Notes under the pieces: model-generated
Seen by the model: the letters and a program-made list of their open reading frames with translations, nothing else
What the model was told of the DNA's origin: nothing
The model's database searches: none
Part shown: positions 26,401-38,400 of the stretch, one piece after another
Layout: the number at the start of each line of letters is the position of its first letter
Position numbering within the stretch: position 1 is the stretch's first letter
Program-made: the position numbers and the translations under genes
Source of the DNA: Obrimoposthia wandeli
Lineage: Eukaryota
Assembly (NCBI GenBank): GCA_977020255.1
Contig: CDROCS010001417.1
Location: forward strand, 310,001-374,000
Length of the DNA stretch: 64,000 bases
Reading direction: 5' to 3'

Positions 26401-29400
26401 ATTTGGAGCGTAAAAATACCCATTGCTTATATCTACATTGCTTACTCTCATCCTTAAACTTGCCTATCGCAGTATTGGCTAAAGGATGGTTTATAGAAAA
26501 TTTTGATGTGTCTAATAATCCATCTGAAATCATTGCAGACAACAGTGTAGCTTGCACGTCTACATTATGACACTTTAGAAAAAAATTCTAATTTGGATAT
26601 AAAAAGTTCGATTTTTAATCATTTTATGTTTATATTTATGGATTTTAGAATACATTTTATCGTGTATATTTCAGAATAATGTAAATTAAGATGCAAAGTT
26701 GAATTTTATATCATTTATAAGGATTTTAGTTGACAAATGAATTTACTGTGTAATTTTTCTGAATAATGTAAATTTCGAATTAGAAAGTTCGATTTTCAGT
26801 CAATTTATAGATTAGAAGATACATTTACCAAGGATTTTTAGAATAATGCAAATTATAATGCAATTAATTGATCATTTTTCAATGAATTTACCCATATTTC
26901 TATAAATTTTCTTTGATTTTAGTTTAAGGACAAAATTACTTTCAGAACAAATAAGTTGTATTTACTGACGATTCTTATGTGCCAGCGCGTCAATAAAGTT
27001 TTCATGGTTTCTTATATGGTAGATGCACTAATTGGATTTATTTTCAACATATTTAAAGGATTCCTCCGTGTAATAAAGATATAATTTGAAGAGAGTATAT
27101 AATGATCAATAAGTGAGAGTTTATTACGGACAATTATACGGATAATTAGAGAGATTACTTTGATCAATTAGTCAATTTATGATCAAGAGTATATTATTAA
27201 TCTGCATCTTTAACTAAGAATTTTATTAAATTTCAAAATGATTCATTAAATCTAAAATGTTCTCTACTTTCTTTTAAAAACGTTTTTTTGTAAAAGAATC
27301 TGTAAAAGTTTTGTTAATAAAAAATGATTAGTTTCAAAGAATATTGTTTGAAGATTAGCTTATTTAAGGAAATTAATCTATGTAATAAATAATTAATTAA
27401 ATTATCACTAGTAAACATCGGATATCAATACTATATTGGAACATTTCGTTTAGAAATTATTACATCAGGACTAGAAATGGATTAAATTATATTCTCTCTT
27501 TCGATTCATTTAAACCTAAAATTATTTTCAAGTATCATTTATTGATATAATTTATTCAATAATGTTTAGAGTATGTATTTATCTCAGTCATAATTTATTC
27601 ATATTACTTGAGTCTATTGATAACTATATTCTCAAAACATAATTTTTCATTGATCGATATATCAAACAAGAAAATTCTTGCAAAACTCTACAAGCTTATT
27701 GATTCATTGGTGTTATCAATATTTTGGAAACTTATTTTCAAACATCAACAACTAGTCGATTTATTACTTCAAATAAATCGGTTTAGTAAAGAAATTATAC
27801 ATAAAAGGTTCTATAAGAGAAATTAAGAAGATGCATGAGATTTGTTACATTTAGATGAGATATGACATGGGTGTTTATAAGGTTTAAGAATAGAAAATAA
27901 TGGATAGAGTTTTAGAAGAGAAACTCACGATTTGTTCAAAAGGTTCTCTAGAAGAGTAATTAATACATAGAAGATTAAAGATAAGTAGCGGTTCAGAGGA
28001 GAAATTAACGATACTTTTAGGAGGTATCAAAAATATAGCCTAGATTGGATTATGAAGTGAAATTGATGTGATTTATTTAAGAGATTTAGGAATGGAATTT
28101 AGGAAGTTTATAAAATAATTTATTACATATAAGAGGAAATTTACGAGGTATTTAGAAGGTTATAGAAGAAATATTAATGCATAGAATGGTTATAAAAGAC
28201 AAATTGAAAAAGTGTTTAAGAGGTTTCAGAAGATATATTATAGATTTGAAGTGTTTAGAAAAGATTTAGCAGGAATGTTTAGGAGGTATCAAAAAATATA
28301 GCCTTAAAAGGCGTTTAGAGAAGTATTTAAAAGGAGTATTTAGGAAGTTTCAGAAAAAAGAAATTAAAACCTAAAATTGGTTCATAGGGGAAATTAAAGG
28401 GTTCCAAAGAGAATTTAACCGAGGAGTTCAGAAGAGAAAATATAACCTTAAAGGAGATATATATATATCAATAGGTATTAAGGAAAACTTAAAGAAACAA
28501 CTTCTGAGTATTGATAAAGTCATCATATTTTTATAAAAAATCGGGTGAAATCTTTATGATTACTATTAATAGTTTTGGTTCATATAAATGGATTCTATCT
28601 TCATTAGACATTAAAAATACTTTTAATCAATTAATATTAAGACATTGAATGAAAATTAACGATTTCATTAATACATAGTAAATAAGTTATTTTCAAAGAG
28701 AGTTTTATCGAAGTCATCAATATTATCGTTCCAAAGCCAATATTTAAGCATTTCATCTATTCCTTCTACATTCCTTCAATTAAAATCAAAGCTAGGTATG
28801 ATATTTTTTTAAAGATAATGTTTGAAGTATTTTATTGAAATTTAGATGCAATAATGAAGAATAGTGTTAAAGAATTGACATTAGGATGAATTAGAGGTTA
28901 TATCTGAAAGGGATAATCTAGAATTGATTGATATAAAGAAAATTAGGGTTGATAATAGAGGTTTATGAGAAGGAAAGTTATTGAGAATTATAGGAAAATT
29001 TATAATTATGTTCTAATGTTGGACTTGTGATGAGGAAATTATACCCGGATTGTTATATATGAGAAGAGATAGTAATTAAAACGTATGCAATATTCAAGAA
29101 TATAAATGATTAATTACTATTTATATATGTTTCAAAAGGAAGATATTGAAAATTTCTAAGAGTATTAGTGAGAATGAATCAAATAGTTACAGAGACATAT
29201 CTATCCATTACTTATCAATTTCATCCATCGTTTCAAATTCATGGATCATCTGATTCAATCAATAACTTTAAACATAACATAGAAATCTCTGGAAGATGCT
29301 TCGTGATCATAAATAGTCTTAACCCAAGATCTCAAAGAAAGTTATACCGAAATTATATAGATTTAACTAATATCCAAAGACTACATCCAAAGTCAATACT

Positions 29401-32400
29401 CAAGCATCTTATCTACATTCATTTCATCAGCCAGCCTTGAATCATCATTGATATGATATTTATAATGTAGCATTTCATGAAGCAATGCAAAGTAGAAGAA
29501 GATATTACGAAGTATTTAGGAGATTTCAGAAGAGAAAATATACCCTAAATAAATTGAGGAATTAATCAGATATTGTGATGTATGACGGAATATTAAGAAA
29601 GTTTTAGAAGCGAGATGGGTTATTTTCTCTTCAAGCAACTCTAAAAGGACTGCATAATGCATACAAATCATCACGATAATAACATGTATTGCATGACGAA
29701 ATCTTTACATAACCTCATATATTATTGATTATTTTCAAAGTTAGTTATACTGAAATGATCAATAATGTATGTATTGTATCAATATTATGCACAAACCTGA
29801 TGAAAATACCTCATGTCAAAGAATCTTATATCAAATTTACAATCATAACAGGTATTTAAGATGATTTTATATCACATGTAATTGATAATTTTCTTAAGAA
29901 ACTGATACCAAAGTAATAATATTGCATATAATTCTTCAATATTATAACAGTTATCGTAAGCTTTAAAGTTCTATATAAAACCTTGAAAGACATATGGTGA
30001 TTATTGAAAGTTGTACTTAAATTATCAATATTTTACTATTATTTCAATATAGTAAGTCATATTCAAGTTTTTCATATTTTTCTTCTACTCATCAAATTGT
30101 ACACAGTCATTAAATACTTCAATTAAATCACCATTAAGGTTAAGTGTGAAGTAATAATAAGTAGAATAATTACGGTATATTTAAGAGCTTTAAGAAAATA
30201 AAGTGAACCATATTGATTATTTTCTCAAGAAACTTATACTACGTCAATATCATGATCAGATAATCAATTATGATTTTATATAATCTTTAAGAGAATGCTT
30301 ACTACTACATCAGTTTCTATATGGACTAAACGATAAAATCAAAAATCACCCAGCACTACTAGAAGTAAAAAATTTTCAACAAGCCATAAATGAAGAACAA
30401 CTTGTAGAAGTAGTGAGAAGTGATGACTTATTTTGTATAATTGATTCTACTTTTATTTGTGAGTAGAAAACGTTTTTGTAATCTTAAGCTATTTATCACA
30501 CATTTTTAAACCTATGAGTTAAACAAGTAAATAGAGATAGCAAAGAATAATTTTTATTAAAGATACATACATTGTTACACCATCATCTCTTCACAATATC
30601 ATAATCTTCATTACTTCGATCCATCTTCATTATCACAATCCTTCTTCTCATCAAAGCAATCACTCATCTTCAACCTTCATTATCACAATCTCTATTCATT
30701 CATCTTCATTATCGTGATTAATTAAAATAATCAATACATTTTTAAATATACATTTTAAAATATGTAGAGAAATATATATTATGTACTGATTTATACATGT
30801 TCAGAGATGGAATTTAACAAGGTGTTTACAGAGGAGAATTCTTCGAGAAAAGTTATTTAGTGATATTATTCAATTGTTTATTCTTTGAAGTCCGATTCAA
30901 ATTGATTGATAATGTTGTTTATGTAAATCGCTTCGTATTAGTCATATCCTTGAAGGGCTCACGTTCTTCGGTTACACGCGTGGGTCTTGTTATTGTTTCA
31001 GTTACTGGATTAATATTTTCTCTATGATTATTTCTATTATAATCCATATTAGCATATAAATTACTACCAGAACCAATATATGTGCTTGCTCTATCTTGAT
31101 TATCCATTTTCAATAAAAATCAATATCGGAATATTGTTTATAGAGATAATTTGTAATCTAAAAATAGATTTTCAAATAATATATAAGAATTAGTTTATAA
31201 TAATCAGTTTATAATAACCAGAAATGTTACTTCATAATATCAAATTTGTGAATATTAATTACAAGGGAATGGTTGTAAGCAATATTCAACACTTTAGTAG
31301 TAGGTGGAAGGATGGAGTCTAGACCACTTGACCCCCCCCCCTAAAGGGTGTCACACCATAAGGATGTCTCGCCACACCATAAGGGTATATGTTGGGTCAC
31401 CGGAGGTGAGGCAACATATACCCTTATGGTGTGGCGAGACATCCTTATGGTGTGACACCCTTTAGGGGGGGGGGGTCAAGTGGTCTAGACTCCATCCTTC
31501 CACCTACTTTTACCATTTCGAAGCCACATCAGTACCGACACAAGTGTGATAGTTATACTATCTGGTACAAATCTGGTAATATATTTTACATTTAAGTTTT
31601 AATATAATTTTGGAACATGTCGAATCATGGGGTGTAAAGCTGTGCTATATGAAAGCACTCTTCCGTTCAATATCAAAATCGAGAGAATTCAATCAATCAG
31701 TGTCAGTACTTAGTACTTAGAAAAACCAATAAACCTGAGTAAGATGAGTAAGAGTATGAGAATGGAAGCAGTTTACGAACCAGAAATTTTTCCAGGGCTA
31801 CGTTATATCAAATACAATCCTCTATGCGTGAACATTTTTGCGAGCGGGAAGGGCGATGATACTTGGCGTTAAGACCCTAGAATATGAATATCTTGTTGAA
31901 TGTATTTTATTTAATAAACATCTTCAAACTTGTGTTCTTTCCTAAACAAAGACATTACTTGCAAAAAGATGCAAAGTTGCAAAAGTTGTAATGTTACTAA
32001 AAATATATTTTCCCTTGTTTTCTGAATTATAAACAATACTCTTATAGCTTTAAATTTGTCAATAAAATAGAGAAACTCGGTGAACCATCATCAGCAGAGA
32101 AAAATGAAGAAATTATTGAAGATACTGATAAAGAAGAAAATAAGCGATTGGATTTCTTAAATGCTCTGATTTTTATAGAACTCGTAATAGCTAATGCTTC
32201 CAGTATGGAAATGTCTCATATGTCCCACCTTTTTTGATAGTTTGTTTAGAGCTAGATTTAACCAACTTAGTGTGGAAAAATTAAACAAAACCCCAATGAG
32301 CGAGATTTTAGTAAATCCATTATATATTGAAAATTATCGTGACGGGTTTGATGAAACTGAGATTCTAAAATTGAAATTCACACATGTAATCAATACATCT

Positions 32401-35400
32401 CCAGTGGATAAGATATCTTATAATGAATTAAAGTAAAAATCAATCTATGTAAATACGAAATTAGGAGAAACAGACTAATAATATAATTAAATAAACCATC
32501 AAAAATGGTGGGAAAGTTCTAGTATGTGGTCATTATGGAGGTTTACATGCTGTTTGTATTGTTATTGCATTTTTATCTCTTACAATGAGTGTTAAAACTG
32601 TCGGGAATCTTGCTAAAGTTAAACATAGTATTGCTACACCTAATGCAACTTTGCTTAATCAAATACGTATTTTTAATCATTATCATACAAAAATTGTATT
32701 TCTTATGATTCTCATATCATCTAATCAGATTTTAGTTGTATAGTATATAAACAGTTTACTTTTCAGTCCTACTTCATTATCATGTCTACTCGCAATTATT
32801 TCAAGCAAGATGTTGATCGGGCGGTGAAGAGTTTCATCTCGAAATATCTTATAGAAGAAAATGTTCTGAGACTCATCGAAGCAACGGATCTACCTCTGGA
32901 GGAGCATGTACGAAGAATAATTCACAATAAGGCAGTCAATCTTCTCATTCTGGGCTATAATAAGAAGAAAGAAGAGATGAAAGAAAAGAAGAGGAGCTTT
33001 TTCTGGGAGAAGAGTTTTTTATTGTTTGTTGGTGGATATATTTTAATTAAATATTTTAAGTAACTTTGTCTTATAAACACTATCTTAATACTAATATTTT
33101 TAATATAGACTTAAAGAATAATTATGCATGGAATCTTGCCGTGCTTAATACAACTTTGCTTAATCAAATACGTATTTTTAATCATTATCATACATAAATT
33201 GTATTTATCATGTTTCTACCATTATCCAATCAGATTTTAGTTGTATATAAACAGTCAACGTTTTGACCATACGTCATTATAATCTCTACTCATAATTATA
33301 TCAAACAACATGTTGATTATATATGTCAAACAAACCAGGTATAATTCATAAATTTCCTCACATATATCAATCAATTTTAGATTATCCCTTTCAGATATAA
33401 CCTTGAAGATGAGTGATTGCTTTGATGAGAAGAAGGATTGTGATAATGAAGATGGATCGAAGTAATGAAGATTATGATATTGTGAAGAGATGATGGTGTA
33501 ACAATGTATGTATCTTTAATAAAAATTATTCTTTGCTATCTCTATTTACTTGTTTAACTCATAGGTTTAAAAATGTGTGATAAATAGCTTAAGATTACAA
33601 AAACGTTTTCTACTCACAAATAAAAGTAGAATCAATTATACAAAATAAGTCATCACTTCTCACTACTTCTACAAGTTGTTCTTCATTTATGGCTTGTTGA
33701 AAATTTTTTACTTCTAGTAGTGCTGGGTGATTTTTGATTTTATCGTTTAGTCCATATAGAAACTGATGTAGTAGTAAGCATTCTCTTAAAGATTATATAA
33801 AATCATAATTGATTATCTGATCATGATATTGACGTAGTATAAGTTTCTTGAGAAAATAATCAATATGGTTCACTTTATTTTCTTAAAGCTCTTAAATATA
33901 CCGTAATTATTCTACTTATTATTACTTCACACTTAACCTTAATGGGGATTTAATTGAAGTATTTAATGACTGTGTACAATTTGATGAGTAGAAGAAAAAT
34001 ATGAAAAACTTGAATATGACTTACTATATTGAAATAATAGTAAAATATTGATAATTTAAGTACAACTTTCAATAATCACCATATGTCTTTCAAGGTTTTA
34101 TATAGAACTTTAAAGCTTACGATAACTGTTATAATATTGAAGAATTATATGCAATATTATTACTTTGGTATCAGTTTCTTAAGAAAATTATCAATTACAT
34201 GTGATATAAAATCATCTTTAATACCTGTTATGATTGTAAATTTGATATAAGATTCTTTGACATGAGGTATTTTCATCAGGTTTGTGCATAATATTGATAC
34301 AATACATACATTATTGATCATTTCAGTATAACTAACTTTGAAAATAATCAATAATATATGAGGTTATGTAAAGATTTCGTCATGCAATACATGTTATTAT
34401 CGTGATGATTTGTATGCATTATGCAGTCCTTTTAGATTAAATTCCGTCAGATATTTCAATTTATTTATGAAATCTCCTAAATACTTCGTAAGCATTGCTT
34501 CATGAAATGCTACATTATAAATATCATATCAATGATGATTCCTGGCTGATGAAATGAATGTAGATAAGATGCTTGATATTGACTTTGGATAGTCTTTGGA
34601 ATTAGTTAAATCTATATAATTTCGGTATAACTTCTTTGAGATCTTGGGTTAAGACTATTTATGATCACGAAGCATTTCCAGAGATTTCTATGTTATGTTT
34701 AAAATTGATTGATGATGATTTAATCATGGATAAATTGATAAGTAATGGATAGATATGTCTCAACTATTTGATTCATTCTCACTAATACTCTTAGTTTTCA
34801 ATATTTTCCTTTTGAAACATTATCATTTATATTCTTGTATTGCATACCTATCTCTTCTCATATATAACAATCCGGGTATAATGACTTATAAGTAGCTCTA
34901 ATTCATCCTACAACATATTTTTCATTATTGATTATTTCAATCTTCAACATTATCTTTAAAATATCAACCTAGCTTTGATTTTAATTGGGAATAGAAGGAA
35001 TGCTTAAATATTGGCTTTGGAACATAATATTGATGACTTCGATAAAACTCTCTTTGAAAATAACTTACTCGTTAATTTTCATTCTGTCTTAATATTAATT
35101 GATTAAAAGTATTTTAATGTCTAATGAAGATAGAATCCATAAACCAAAACTCTAACTTCTAAAACTCTAATTCTAACACTAACATCATTTTCCAAAAATA
35201 TATATGCGAAAAATTTACAAGAAGATGGTAAAAGTTTGAATAATATCTCTGCTTTTGTAAAAATTGTCTTCGTTATGGCCGAAATATGAGTAAAATACTT
35301 ATGATTAATTTTTGGTATAACTCGCTTTGAAGCAGTATAAAGCTGAAATTCAATATGATCGCTTATATCATAATCTTAAATGAAATGACCGTAATTTTGA

Positions 35401-38400
35401 TAAAATACGATTTCACTACAGTTTTAGAACAGTAGACTTATTTCCCTTCTAAACCACCTAAATATCTTCTAACTCACATTAAATTTCCTTTCAAAGTCAA
35501 ATATATCCTATATTTTTTCTTCTGAATCCTACTAACCTTATATACATCGCTTTTATTTTCATTCAATCTAGCTATCTAGGCTATATTTACCAAAACCTCC
35601 TAAACATTCCTGCTAAATCTTTTCTAAACACTCCAAATCTATAATATATCTTCTGAAACCTCTTGAACACTTTTTCAATTTGTCTTTTATAACCATTCTA
35701 TGCATTAATATTTCTTCTATAACCTTCTAAATACCTCGTAAATTTCCTCTTATATGTAATAAATTATTTTATAAACTTCCTAAATTCCATTCCTAAATCT
35801 CTTAAATAAATCACATCAATTTCACTTCATAATCCAATCTAGGCTATATTTTTGATACCTCCTAAAAGTATCGTTAATTTCTCCTCTGAACCGCTACTTA
35901 TCTTTAATCTTCTATGTATTAATTACTCTTCTAGAGAACCTTTTGAACAAATCGTGAGTTTCTCTTCTAAAACTCTATCCATTATTTTCTATTCTTAAAC
36001 CTTATAAACACCCATGTCATATCTCATCTAAATGTAACAAATCTCATGCATCTTCTTAATTTCTCTTATAGAACCTTTTATGTATAATTTCTTTACTAAA
36101 CCGATTTATTTGAAGTAATAAATCGACTAGTTGTTGATGTTTGAAAATAAGTTTCCAAAATATTGATAACACCAATGAATCAATAAGCTTGTAGAGTTTT
36201 GCAAGAATTTTCTTGTTTGATATATCGATCAATGAAAAATTATGTTTTGAGAATATAGTTATCAATAGACTCAAGTAATATGAATAAATTATGACTGAGA
36301 TAAATACATACTCTAAACATTATTGAATAAATTATATCAATAAATGATACTTGAAAATAATTTTAGGTTTAAATGAATCGAAAGAGAGAATATAATTTAA
36401 TCCATTTCTAGTCCTGATGTAATAATTTCTAAACGAAATGTTCCAATATAGTATTGATATCCGATGTTTACTAGTGATAATTTAATTAATTATTTATTAC
36501 ATAGATTAATTTCCTTAAATAAGCTAATCTTCAAACAATATTCTTTGAAACTAATCATTTTTTATTAACAAAACTTTTACAGATTCTTTTACAAAAAACT
36601 TTTTTAAAAGAAAGTAGAGAACATTTTAGATTTAATGAATCATTTTGAAATTTAATAAAATTCTTAGTTAAAGATGCAGATTAATAATATACTCTTGATC
36701 GTAAATTGACTAATTGATCAAAGTAATCTCTCTAATTATCCGTATAATTGTCCGTAATAAACTCTCACTTATTGATCATTATATACTCTCTTCAAATTAT
36801 ATCTTTATTACACGGAGGAATCCTTTAAATATGTTGAAGAGAAATCCAATTAGTGCATCTACCATATAAGAAACCATGAAAATTTTATTGACGCGCTGGC
36901 ACATAAGAATCGTCAGTAAATACAACTTATTTGTTCTGAAAGTAATTTTGTCCTTAAACTAAAATCAAAGAAAATTTATAGAAATATGGGTAAATTCATT
37001 GAAAAATGATCAATTAATTGCATTATAATTTGCATTATTCTAAAAATCCTTGGTAAATGTATCTTCTAATCTATAAATTGACTGAAAATCGAACTTTCTA
37101 ATTCGAAATTTACATTATTCAGAAAAATTACACAGTAAATTCATTTGTCAACTAAAATCCTTATAAATGATATAAAATTCAACTTTGCATCTTAATTTAC
37201 ATTATTCTGAAATATACACGATAAAATGTATTCTAAAATCCATAAATATAAACATAAAATGATTAAAAATCGAACTTTTTATATCCAAATTAGAATTTTT
37301 ATTCTAAAGTGTCATAATGTAGACGTGCAAGCTACACTGTTGTCTGCAATGATTTCAGATGGATTATTAGACACATACAAATTTTCTATAAACCATCCTT
37401 TAGCCAATACTGCGATAGGCAAGTTTAAGGATGAGAGTAAGCAATGTAGATATAAGCAATGGGTATTTTTACGCTCCAAATCATATAGCTTAGAAACTAT
37501 AGACGGAAAGTTCTAGATGAGAGCAAAGGGAATTAGCCTTAAGCAGACTGTGCTACGCCATGCGAATTATTTAGCTGCATATGATAGTGGGGTTAGTGAA
37601 CGAGTGCAACAACAACGCATTAGTTCAATTAATCACCAGCTCTATACCGTAAATATGAGTAAGATCGCATTGAGTAGCAATGACGATGAGAGAAAATGGG
37701 TAGAGAAAAACCGGTCAGTTGTCTACAGACATCATAGATATCCAGATGATTTTTCACTTGAATAATTTTTTTTGTATGTTTGAATTTGTATGTCACAAAT
37801 TTAATGTACCTAATTTTCTCTTTAGTTTAATAAATATTTGTATCCAATTCGTCTTTTTCTAAGTTTAAAATTTTAATTCTAAAGTATAAAAGTTCTGTGT
37901 AAAATTTTAATTCTAAAGTATAAAAGTTCTGTGTAAAATTATTTTTTTAAACTATAAAAATTGTTGTAAAAAATTATGTTGGAAATTTTATTTTTAAACT
38001 ATAAAAATTTTGTAAACAATTTTATTTTAATTTTTAAATTTTTTTTGTTTAAAAGCCATTTTGAAAATTTTAAATTTGGCACAAAAAAATGGCGTCTTAT
38101 TTAAATAATTTATTTTTTGTAATGTTTTCGTGCCTAAAGATCAAGAATGAAGGCCGCCTCCAAGGGCGGGCGGTGTGCGGTGTATGTTAGGGTCTTGGGT
38201 ATTACACGGGTTGTCGACATGTGTAGTTGTGAGAGGTAAAGTGATACTGTAGCGCATGTTTTTGTAGTTATTTTCGCGAGAATGGAGCCCGCCCCTAAGG
38301 GGCGGGCGGTGGGTGGAGTGTTTCGGTGGTGTTGTTGTTTGTGGTGTGGTGTGGTGTGGTGTGGTGTGGTGTGGTGTGGTGTGGTGTGGTGTGGTGTGGT

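Larger units (their letters stand above)
24503..30673 (+). repeat. Left inverted arm (6171 bp)
   Basis: It is the reverse complement of 33403-38883. It is near-identical over about 24503-28300 and 29640-30673, non-homologous over about 28300-28570, and indel-rich over about 28570-29640. Confidence 0.9.

Noticed and set aside
27608-27826. 72-aa ORF duplicated at 36056..36274
   Set aside because: The duplication only reflects the inverted arms. It has a TTG start, AT-rich composition and no recognisable motif.
30280-30470. Gag-like snippet [33 protein letters not shown] in the arms
   Set aside because: It is too short and has no supporting retroelement motifs nearby, so it cannot be assigned.
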